From the NCBI GenBank assembly GCA_963675515.1, contig OY776328.1, positions 1,560,001 through 1,592,000 on the forward strand: a DNA stretch of 32,000 bases, in the 5' to 3' direction. A program made the position numbers and the translations under genes. The stretch is from Coprobacillaceae bacterium. Its GTDB lineage: Bacteria; Bacillota_I; Bacilli_A; Erysipelotrichales; Coprobacillaceae. Below, piece by piece: positions 1-7,921 of this stretch. Each line of letters starts with the position of its first letter. The first letter of the stretch is position 1. The notes beneath the pieces are model-generated. The model saw nothing but the letters and a program-made list of their open reading frames with translations. It searched no databases and was not told where the DNA came from.

Positions 1-1
1 G

Positions 2-1213
2 ATGTCGGTATTGCCGATCATGATGGTCGGGGCGGTGTTCGCCATCCTGACCAACTTGCCAATTGATGCGTACAAGGAATTCATCGCCAATGTCGGGATC
101 AGCAAGTTCTTCATCCTGGGAACCCGGATGACAACCGACATCATCGCTATTTACATGACATTCGCAATCGGGCGCAGCTTTGCCAAGGGAAAAGGCTATG
201 GCCACGATGCCGGTTCAATCGGGATTATTGCTTTGCTGGCATTCTTCATCATGATGCCATTTGGAACAAGTGAAGCAGGGGTTAACTTCTTTGAGTTCAC
301 TTATCTTGGTTCGATGGGAATCTTCGTTGGGATCATCTGCGGGATTGTAACTCCAATCATCTATGATGCGGTTGTAAAAGCCAACATCACAATCAAACTG
401 CCTGAAGGTGTGCCAAGCAACGTGGCAACATCATTCATCAACATCATACCGGCACTGGCAGTTGCGGTATTCTTCCTGTTCCTGAATTTCATCTTCACAT
501 TGACACCTAGTGGCAATATCTTTGCTTTCATCTATGCGGCTTTGCAGGCACCTTTGCAAGGGCTTGTAGGCAACATGGCTTCAATGGTGATCATCATAAT
601 CCTGTGCCAGATCTTATGGTTCTTCGGGATCCACGGTTCAATGACCGTGTTGACTGTCATTTTCCCCTTATGGATCTCGATGTACGCTGAAAACATGACT
701 GCATTCATGGCTAACGGTACTGTGCCAAACCCAATCAACGTAACCTTCTTCGATTTCACAACTATCGGAGGTACCGGCTGTACCCTGGGATTGGCAATCA
801 TGATGGCCTTCTTCTCCAAATCGAAACAGCACAAGACATTTGGTAAGCTTTTCTTGCCATGTGGATTGTTCAATATCAATGAACCGATGGTTTTCTCAAT
901 GCCGTTGATGCTCAATACCATGTTTGTCATCCCATTCATCCTTGTACCTTTGTTGGCGGTGGTTATGGCTTATCTGGCTATTGTCGTGTTCGGCCTGGTC
1001 CCTGCTCCAGTAGGAATGATGAACCTGGCCTATATTCCAGCAATCTTCAGGGGGATCATCAACTGTGGTGTACCGGGAGCTATCCTGGAAGTTGCCATTG
1101 TCGCAATGTCGATGGTAGTCTACTACCCATTCTTCAAGATTGCTGACAACCAGGCATTGGCTCTGGAAAAACAAAGCGATGTTGAAGCTCCTTTGGAACA
1201 AGAATTAGCGTAA
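2..1213 (+). CDS. PTS EIIC permease, lactose/cellobiose family; 5' end lies outside the window
   Basis: Frame open from the window edge to TAA at 1211-1213. 403 aa, polytopic and hydrophobic. FFGIHG and NINEPMVFSMPLMLN motifs as in CelB/LicC-type EIIC. A strong terminator follows. Confidence 0.85.
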   Translation: MSVLPIMMVGAVFAILTNLPIDAYKEFIANVGISKFFILGTRMTTDIIAIYMTFAIGRSFAKGKGYGHDAGSIGIIALLAFFIMMPFGTSEAGVNFFEFTYLGSMGIFVGIICGIVTPIIYDAVVKANITIKLPEGVPSNVATSFINIIPALAVAVFFLFLNFIFTLTPSGNIFAFIYAALQAPLQGLVGNMASMVIIIILCQILWFFGIHGSMTVLTVIFPLWISMYAENMTAFMANGTVPNPINVTFFDFTTIGGTGCTLGLAIMMAFFSKSKQHKTFGKLFLPCGLFNINEPMVFSMPLMLNTMFVIPFILVPLLAVVMAYLAIVVFGLVPAPVGMMNLAYIPAIFRGIINCGVPGAILEVAIVAMSMVVYYPFFKIADNQALALEKQSDVEAPLEQELA

Positions 1214-1234
1214 TAAAAGATATAACTATATAAG

Positions 1235-1276
1235 AACCTATCAGCATAAGCCAAATATTTAGCTGATAGGTTTTTG
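1235..1276 (+). terminator. Rho-independent terminator of the EIIC gene
   Basis: Perfect 11-bp stem AACCTATCAGC (1235-1245) / GCTGATAGGTT (1262-1272), 16-nt loop, then a T5 run. Confidence 0.8.
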
Positions 1277-1415
1277 CTTTCTAAACGATAGCAAAAAGCA
1301 AATTCCTCTTCACTTTTCACACTAATTATTCTTGATTGATTCCAACACTAGTCGTATAGATTATGTGGACATAAGCAAAATAAACACAATAATGTAACCA
1401 AATAATGAAACATGC

Positions 1416-1445
1416 TTGTGCTTTCGTGGAAAATAATTGTATAAT
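1416..1445 (+). promoter_or_regulatory. Candidate sigma-A promoter (extended -10) for the 1587 gene
   Basis: TGTATAAT at 1438-1445. Weak -35 TTGTGC at 1416-1421 with an 18-nt spacer. Confidence 0.35.
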
Positions 1446-1586
1446 GTAACTATATTCCTTAAGACGAATGCTAAAGATAGGTAATGACATTGAAATTGCA
1501 ACAATCCGCAAGTTTTACATGTGCGATTATGAATCAATTCTATGTAATTATCGTAATTGCATTCACACAATATGGGGGGATTTATC

Positions 1587-2474
1587 ATGGGAATTATTAA
1601 GGGAAGGTTTTCAAATCGATATATAATCGCGATCACATTGGTATTTATCGCGTTGTTATCGATTTTTGTCGTATCAAAAATAGTGACAAACCCAGTTTTT
1701 TTTGCAGCAACAGCCGAATCGTTGGATGACAAGAAAGTGATGGTTTTGAGCCTGGCGGCAACAGCAGCCGCATCTTCAACTGCATTGACTTTCATCCCCG
1801 GGGATGTCGCGACACCTATCGCTAATGAGCTTGCTCAATTGAGTTTCTATTTCGTCATCATCCTGAGCGCTATTACTATGGAGAAGATATTAGTCACAGC
1901 AATTGGTTTAGTGGCATTCAAATATATCATCCCATTCGCCTGTGCTTTGGGTTTTTCGTATCTATTCATAAAGTGGGATGTATTAAGGGTACTGGCGATA
2001 AAAATCGCGATTTTTGGAATTGTCATATTTGTGGCAATTCCTGTAAGCATGGAAGTCAGCGACATAATCTATTCGACATATCAATCATCGTTAGAACAAA
2101 CGGTTGAGACCGCAACGCAAAACAATGAATACATCGAAGAAAAGAAACAAGAGCTTTCTGATGAAGATAGAAACTGGATCGATAATATTGGTGATTATTT
2201 ATCCAATATTACATCTTCGATTGGTGCCGGTGTCTCTGATATAGCTGACAAGGCACAAGATACATTAAACTATTTAATGGATTCAATCGCCGTCCTGATT
2301 GTTACTACTTGTGTAATGCCACTAGTGGTTATCCTCATTTTTGGATGGATTATTAAAATCCTCTTTGGCTTCGATGTTTCAAAGGGATTCAAAAGAGTGA
2401 CTGGTAGCGGCGCTCATCATAGTATACCCGATCAAAAAAATTCCCGGCCTGAGATGCTCAATGAAATCAAGTAA
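1587..2474 (+). CDS. Hypothetical polytopic membrane protein with a central acidic, coiled-coil-like segment
   Basis: ATG at 1587 preceded by GGGGGGA, which is better than the track start at 1557. 295 aa. Several long hydrophobic helices flank a charged stretch (QNNEYIEEKKQELSDEDRNW). No family recognised. Confidence 0.6.
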   Translation: MGIIKGRFSNRYIIAITLVFIALLSIFVVSKIVTNPVFFAATAESLDDKKVMVLSLAATAAASSTALTFIPGDVATPIANELAQLSFYFVIILSAITMEKILVTAIGLVAFKYIIPFACALGFSYLFIKWDVLRVLAIKIAIFGIVIFVAIPVSMEVSDIIYSTYQSSLEQTVETATQNNEYIEEKKQELSDEDRNWIDNIGDYLSNITSSIGAGVSDIADKAQDTLNYLMDSIAVLIVTTCVMPLVVILIFGWIIKILFGFDVSKGFKRVTGSGAHHSIPDQKNSRPEMLNEIK

Positions 2475-2528
2475 TGGGGTATCATCTGTAATGCCATTAG
2501 TGGTAATCTTGAAGAAAATAAAGACTAA

Positions 2529-2687
2529 TATCAAAATGACGTGGATGACGAGCGGAAGATGTTTTATGTTGCGATAACCAGGGCAAAGAACAATTTGTAT
2601 ATGTATTACAGCAATGCGAAAAAGGGAGTATCCCGATTTGTGCTTGATGCATCAAAATCATCGCATATTAAAGGAGAGAGTCAATAG
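2529..2687 (+). pseudogene. 3' remnant of a UvrD/PcrA/Rep-type superfamily-1 helicase
   Basis: Short open frame reads YQNDVDDERKMFYVAITRAKNNLYMYYSNAKKGVSRFVLDASKSSHIKGESQ*. (R/K)xFYVAITRAK is helicase motif VI of the UvrD-like C-terminal domain. There is no start codon and a stop lies directly upstream at 2526-2528. Confidence 0.6.
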
Positions 2688-2773
2688 TATTGTGTTTTAT
2701 AATCAAAACGATATAACGATTTGAAAACAAGAGTAATTCAGAATTGCTTTAAAATCACAAGGGGGATAAATAT

Positions 2774-3232
2774 ATGGGTTATATGTACAATGAAGTTTCT
2801 ATTAAAATTGAAAAGGTGAATTTAGATAAAAAACGTGCCGGGTTTCTACAATTAAATAAAATATTGAACGAGATCGGATTTGATGACATCGAGTGGTATG
2901 AAGATGAAGGTGACGCATTTTTGGAATTGAGTTCCAGCGAGATTGATGATAATTATGCTGATTTTGATTATAGTTTCGATGATACAGCAAAGAGAATATT
3001 TGAAAATATGTTTGAACATGACGCAACCATTAACGTAATGCTTGGTTGCTCGAGTTCCGAAGAGACGTATGATTGTTATTATCACGAAGCAAATGATGAC
3101 AAGTACTACGCTTTCAATTGCCTTGACGAAATCTATGAAGAATCAGAAAATTTGAAAGAAAGTTATGGCGATGGCGATGCAACCAACATCATTCAATGGT
3201 ATTTTGACGAGGAAAATAATCAAGATGATTAG
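2774..3232 (+). CDS. Small hyper-acidic hypothetical protein (152 aa)
   Basis: ATG at 2774 preceded by AAGGGGGA. By my count 41 D/E against 10 K/R. Aromatic-rich with Cys residues. No family recognised. Confidence 0.6.
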   Translation: MGYMYNEVSIKIEKVNLDKKRAGFLQLNKILNEIGFDDIEWYEDEGDAFLELSSSEIDDNYADFDYSFDDTAKRIFENMFEHDATINVMLGCSSSEETYDCYYHEANDDKYYAFNCLDEIYEESENLKESYGDGDATNIIQWYFDEENNQDD

Positions 3233-3340
3233 TTAATTCTCTTCGATACGAATAAATTAGATAATAATTTATGTATCTGGGTAAAATAGATTCTTAACAA
3301 TAGTATTTGTACATAGCAATTTATTGAAGATAACGTAAAA

Positions 3341-3392
3341 AGCCTTGAATCAGGAAAGATTTCTTTCTTGACTCAAGGCTAATTTTATTTTT
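3341..3392. terminator. Bidirectional rho-independent terminator between convergent genes
   Basis: Stem AGCCTTGA(A)TCAGG / CTTGA(C)TCAAGGCT: 8 bp, one mismatch, then 5 bp. A-run upstream (3336-3340) and a T-rich tail downstream (AATTTTATTTTT). Confidence 0.7.
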
Positions 3393-3477
3393 GAATGGCT
3401 ATTGATTAGTTAGATATGATAAGTAGACTGGCATGTTTACCAGATAAGATTATCTAATAATTAGCTTCAGCTTCGTT

Positions 3478-4299
3478 TTATACAACCTCGACTTCTACGT
3501 ATTCAACTTGGATATTCTGTTCATCAAGAGCGCCTTTGAAATCCGGATTAAGTTCCAGATCCTCTTCGAAATCTCCGTTCAAATTCTTCATGAATGTGAT
3601 AATCAGACGATTCCCCATCGGCTTGAATGTGACATACGTAATTCCACCCGAGATGACTCCTCCGATGACAGGAACTGCTTTTGTAACAACTTTTTGAACG
3701 GTTTGCTTCGTGATCTTTTGCCCGATAATGGCACCTACTTTTTTCAACATTGGATACCAGGTGGTTTTGGTCAACGCCAGCGCCGCAACTTTCTTGCCGA
3801 TGTTTTCACCAGCTTTTATCGATGTCTTGGCGATAAGGGAGCTTGCTCCTGCCGCACCAAACATCACACCTAGATAAGCAATGATTCTGGTTTTAGCAGC
3901 CTCGGAGATTTCGGTCGCATTTTCATCAAACAATTCATCCTCACCAAACAAGTAAGCGATCTTTTGAGCCATATTGATGGCAAAACCGAAGTATTGAAGT
4001 ACGTCAGCTCCTCCAGCAGCCATCATCAATGCCGGATTCGAAGGTAATCCCGAAGCAAAAGAGATCACGGAAGATTTGTTGGTGCTGTTTTTTACAACCA
4101 CTTCAGCTTTCTTCTTCAAGCTATCGAGTGTGTAGACGTGCTGTGGCCCTTTTTCGAGTATCACATCAATATAGGGTGAATTCTTGAACTCACTTCGGAG
4201 GAATTCCTCGCGATTGACCTTGATTATTGGTAGCTTCGATATTGCTCCAATAGTTTGAATAGTTTTGTCATACAGTTGATCCTGTGATAATTTTTCCAT
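3478..4299 (-). CDS. EcsC-like family protein (putative)
   Basis: 273 aa. RBS GAGGGGAAAA lies before the ATG at 4299. Gly/Ala-rich amphipathic core (AAGGADVLQYFGFAINMAQKIAYLFG ... VPVIGGVISGGITY) resembles the EcsC (PF12787-type) pattern. This is a call from memory. Confidence 0.45.
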   Translation of the reverse strand: MEKLSQDQLYDKTIQTIGAISKLPIIKVNREEFLRSEFKNSPYIDVILEKGPQHVYTLDSLKKKAEVVVKNSTNKSSVISFASGLPSNPALMMAAGGADVLQYFGFAINMAQKIAYLFGEDELFDENATEISEAAKTRIIAYLGVMFGAAGASSLIAKTSIKAGENIGKKVAALALTKTTWYPMLKKVGAIIGQKITKQTVQKVVTKAVPVIGGVISGGITYVTFKPMGNRLIITFMKNLNGDFEEDLELNPDFKGALDEQNIQVEYVEVEVV

Positions 4300-4324
4300 A
4301 GTTTTCCCCTCATTTTCTAATACA

Positions 4325-4354
4325 ATTATAAATCATTTGTGGGTTAAGTTTCAA
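4325..4354 (-). promoter_or_regulatory. Sigma-A promoter of the EcsC-like gene (copy A of a duplicated promoter module)
   Basis: On the minus strand: TTGAAA (4354-4349), 18-nt spacer, TATAAT (4330-4325), about 25 nt upstream of the ATG. Confidence 0.55.
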
Positions 4355-4689
4355 TTGTATTAAACAAACTTTTACTTTATTTTCCATCAAGGGCCATTCA
4401 ATTGCGATGTTATGGATTTTTAATGTTTAATTCCCGTTGCCAGCTAGGAATGTTTAATGTTTAATCGATTTTATATAATGTATCAATTTAAGTCGTTAGC
4501 TGCATAATTATCTACTCACTTTAGTCCTCAGGTCTGCCAAGGAAAAGTATAAAAATGTTACAACATTTATGTAGTGAATTGACTCAGTAACCGAATCAGT
4601 CACAGCATGGTTACATAGATGATTGACTTAAATGGAAGTTATTTTAACGACAATCAAGATTATAATAAAACGCAAATTGAAGGAATAAC

Positions 4690-4719
4690 ATTGTGCAATT
4701 ATGGAAATTATTGCACAAT
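4690..4719. promoter_or_regulatory. Inverted repeat, candidate operator or hairpin
   Basis: ATTGTGCAAT (4690-4699) and ATTGCACAAT (4710-4719) are perfect 10-bp inverted arms separated by 10 nt. The site lies about 80 nt upstream of the 4800 ORF. Confidence 0.35.
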
Positions 4720-4799
4720 TCTCTTATAAAAACAGATCTAAATTGTTATCTTTAAACTATATGTATAATTGCTGAGATTTATGGGAGCGGGGTAGTGCT

Positions 4800-5901
4800 A
4801 TGGTTAATGCCGGAAGAATTGTCGCTATAAATGACTGTTTATTAGAATACGCTTTTGAAGATAGCAATAAGTTGAAGAAACTGCTTACTTACGTGAATTA
4901 CTTTGTAGCAATCCAACATGCAACCAACGATACTTTGATTATTGTTCCAATTATTAAAAAAGCGAGGAAATATTATCAATCATCAAAGGTAGTTATCAAG
5001 GGAAAAAAAGTTTTATGTTGACCATACCAAGTTCTATCTATGTCCTTTGAGATTCTTGAGGGTATATAACAATTCTATTGAGAACGCTCTAGAAACTATC
5101 AGGGGTATCAGGATAGCCAATGCACATAATCAAAGCCGAAAGAAATCCGAAGTTCACGTTGCATTGAAAAGCAGTAAGAAATTAAAGTCAAAAAATCAAT
5201 TGCCCAAGCCCAAGCCTAGGAAAATAGGACCGCCACAACGCGAAAGGGAAAAGATGAGATTGCTTAAACGTAGTGTGCCAAGGCAAAAAACCAACTCCAA
5301 GATTCTTAGAATATTTGATGATGCGTCTCAAAGTCACAATTTTATCGATAATAAATACAAACTTACATATAATCTGCAACTGATCGACAGTTCGAACAAT
5401 CATGTGACCAGAAATCATGATTACATATAGACTGCCATCAATATCAAATTCCAAAACGATGATTCCTTGCAGGTATTCAGATACTCATGTTTCTATTGTA
5501 GCAAGTGCAATAAATTTTTCGATTTCAAATTATCGTTCGACCAACAATTCAGCGATGGTCATATAAGGGACTACATGCTGTTTTTGAATGTGGAGTACAA
5601 CGGTAAGCATACTATTTATGATGGTGTAGCTTTAGAAAAAATCGATGATTTGAAACTAAAAGAAACACATCTTCATTCTCTTGGATACGGGCTGGGCAAA
5701 TCAGGAATAGGTGTAATCGCCAGGCGCGAATTATTGAAAATGGTTATCGCTAAAAAGGAGTTGACAGTAGGAGAGGTAAAGCAGATTCTCAACCAAAATA
5801 TCAGAATGTTTTCCAACAGAGATTGCTATAAATCGGCCGTAAGGGACTGGATGGAAGATTTGAAATACGTCAATGAGATAGTAGTTGGAAGAGGTCGATA
5901 G
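4800..5901 (+). pseudogene. Disrupted gene of unknown function (three track ORFs belong to one reading unit)
   Basis: ORF 4800-5021 joins ORF 5047-5430 if one A is removed from the A7 run at 5003-5009 (...IKGKK|FYVDHTKFY...). ORFs 5047-5430 and 5467-5901 share a frame and are separated only by TAG at 5428-5430. The two downstream ORFs start with TTG in the track. Confidence 0.5.
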
Positions 5902-6072
5902 TTTTTCGGTATTTTGGGAATCAAGGCATGGTATCTATCTAGATGGTATTGTTCAATGTAGCGAGGTATACGTTGATCATGATACTTCAGGCAAAAGCGA
6001 GTGGAATGGATATTACCAGTTTGCTATGAATGTTGCTGAATTGCTGGACTTGAGGTATTGATCTATATCATA

Positions 6073-6105
6073 TAAAAATGACCTGCCGTGAAAATGGCAG
6101 GTCAT
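6073..6105 (-). terminator. Rho-independent terminator downstream of the antitoxin locus
   Basis: Perfect 10-bp stem ATGACCTGCC / GGCAGGTCAT (6078-6087 / 6096-6105), followed on the minus strand by a T5 run. Confidence 0.75.
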
Positions 6106-6206
6106 TGACATTTACATCATGGAGAAACCTTGACGTAAGATTGCAGTCCAGTTGCTTTTTTGAAAAAGATCTCGTTGTGCGACAGCTGTGATGTGGATGT
6201 CATAGG

Positions 6207-6470
6207 TCAACGACTACGTCTGCTCCTGATTGAAGAGATTGCCTCAGTCAGGGGGCGAGTATTGTTACTTGCAATATCGTCAAGCCCTTCTTTTATCTGT
6301 CCGTATAGTTCAAGACAATTTTTCATTGCCTCATAGGTTTCAATGCTCATAACAGCGAGGTCAACTTTTCCGTTTTCCGTAATGAAAACCGGTTTGGAAT
6401 ATTTAAGGCATAGAGTTGAAATTTCATTGTAATTGTTTTGTAGTTCTGCACTTGATATGATTGTTGGCAT
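6207..6470 (-). CDS. Phd/YefM-family type II antitoxin with no intact cognate toxin
   Basis: 87 aa from the ATG at 6470, preceded by GGAGGTG. The track start at 6500 lies upstream of the predicted promoter. MPTIISSAELQNNYNEISTLC...PVFITENGKVDLAVMSIETYEAM is the typical Phd/YefM N-terminal fold signature. Confidence 0.75.
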   Translation of the reverse strand: MPTIISSAELQNNYNEISTLCLKYSKPVFITENGKVDLAVMSIETYEAMKNCLELYGQIKEGLDDIASNNTRPLTEAISSIRSRRSR

Positions 6471-6495
6471 GGTAAGCACCTCCGTGTATAACGAA

Positions 6496-6523
6496 ATCAT
6501 ACCATGTTATAATTTGCGGTCAA
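6496..6523 (-). promoter_or_regulatory. Sigma-A promoter of the antitoxin gene
   Basis: On the minus strand: TTGACC (6523-6518), 16-nt spacer, TATGAT (6501-6496). Confidence 0.5.
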
Positions 6524-6656
6524 TGGTTATCATAGTTAAAGTGTTGATTGTTTTAGTGAACATTATCCATTGAGTAACCTGAGTTGTAACCAATCCAGGC
6601 AGTAGTCGTGATTTTCACATTTGTGCTATCTAGTTGATATCTTACACGTTTTGAAT

Positions 6657-7334
6657 TCACACTTCCAGTTTTTCAATTTTAACACTGGTTCCAGTATAGA
6701 TGACCCCGATCTTGTCAGTAGAAAAGGTGACGTAATCGATATCGACACCAATGAGGGCATTGCCGCCAAGAAATATTGCCTTTGCGATGGCCCTGTTCAT
6801 GGAAGAATTCCTAGCTGTTTCCAGTTTCTGGCTGTATCTTGTCGCTTCTACCCCTAAGGTGTCGGCAAATGATGCGGTAATTTCGCTTAGAAATCCCGTC
6901 CCGATGACGGTTTCACCGACTACGACACCGTGGTATTCTGTGATTTTGAACCCTTCGAAGTTGTAACCTGAAGTAGTGATGAAGTTGTTTATTTCATCTT
7001 GGAATTTACCCTGTTGGTATTCTTTGTTGAATTCTTCGAGTTTTTTCTGGGTATCAGTATGGGTATTTTCGTATTTTAATATTTTTCTTTTGTTTTCGAA
7101 CCAGTTTTCAATATCTTTTATCGCTTCTTTGGGAAAGGAATTGTTTTGGAGCTCTTCCATCACCATTTCTTGATTCTTCTTCAGTTGGTCTGCGGTTTGG
7201 AAATTTACAACAAGGGACAACGAGGGTAGCTTGTCATAACACTTGTCGCATAAAATTGTATTTCCCACAGGGTGGGGATACTTGTTGAAACCTGATGCCA
7301 CTTCACCACATACTGTGCATAATTGTTTTGCCAT
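6657..7334 (-). CDS. Zinc-ribbon + YbjQ/UPF0145 (DUF74) domain protein
   Basis: N-terminal CTVC...CDKC ribbon. The C-terminal 100 aa (ITTSGYNFEGFKITEYHGVVVGETVIGTGFLSEITASFADTLG...AIFLGGNALIGVDIDY...GTSVKI) match the YbjQ_1 pattern. Confidence 0.7.
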   Translation of the reverse strand: MAKQLCTVCGEVASGFNKYPHPVGNTILCDKCYDKLPSLSLVVNFQTADQLKKNQEMVMEELQNNSFPKEAIKDIENWFENKRKILKYENTHTDTQKKLEEFNKEYQQGKFQDEINNFITTSGYNFEGFKITEYHGVVVGETVIGTGFLSEITASFADTLGVEATRYSQKLETARNSSMNRAIAKAIFLGGNALIGVDIDYVTFSTDKIGVIYTGTSVKIEKLEV

Positions 7335-7702
7335 TATTCATACCTCTTCTTTCAATTTCGATGATGCGCTTACTTGGAATTCAAATGCCAATTAATCATC
7401 TTATTTGGCCTTCGTAATAATTTAGCTAACCATCATCGGTCATATCTCTAAAAATGCCATTGAAATTTTGATTGAATATACGAATTTCGATTTCCTTCTC
7501 AGGGTTTCGATCATGTAGACGTTTAGGATCTTTGCGATAATCTGATCGGGATAAGGTGAATTCACGAACTCTTTGAGCCGGAATCATTCGCGTTCTACCT
7601 CAATGATTGGAAGCGTTGTACGGCCCCATTAATCTAAGCGTTTATCGTATAGCCGATTACTTGATAATTTTCTATGGATTAGCTTTACTTAAATATACCA
7701 CA

Positions 7703-7732
7703 ATTATAACTCAAATGTAGGTTAGGTTTCAA
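7703..7732 (-). promoter_or_regulatory. Sigma-A-like promoter (copy B of the duplicated promoter module)
   Basis: On the minus strand: TTGAAA (7732-7727), 18-nt spacer, TATAAT (7708-7703). About 34/41 nt identical to the module at 4322-4362. It overlaps the 14-bp palindrome ATTTCAATTGAAAT. Confidence 0.45.
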
Positions 7733-7921
7733 TTGAAATGGAAGAATAGGGTATTTTAGTGGATTGATTCCGGAGAATATTCGCTACGTTAAAAATAATA
7801 ACAGTGAATTGAACATGATTTGCCACCTGCAACAACTAATATAACATATAAATTTGCAATCTAACACCACTGGTGGTATATTTAAATTAATAACTGTTAT
7901 ATTAGGGGAGAGTAATTGATT

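Noticed and set aside
1434-1447. Identical 14-mer ATAATTGTATAATG at 1434-1447 and 11534-11547.
   Set aside because: About one or two such matches are expected by chance in 32 kb of AT-biased DNA. It is simply a consensus extended -10 context.
5885-6061. 58-codon plus-strand frame (LEEVDSFSVFWESRHGIYLDGIVQCSEVYVDHDTSGKSEWNGYYQFAMNVAELLDLRY) overlapping the end of the broken gene.
   Set aside because: It has only a TTG start, no RBS and no recognisable family. It is possibly a remnant.
7426-7587. 53-codon minus-strand ORF (MIPAQRVREFTLSRSDYRKDPKRLHDRNPEKEIEIRIFNQNFNGIFRDMTDDG) with a GAGGT-like RBS downstream of promoter copy B.
   Set aside because: It is too short and unrecognisable to call as a gene. 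It could be a remnant, so it is mentioned under the promoter-module finding only.
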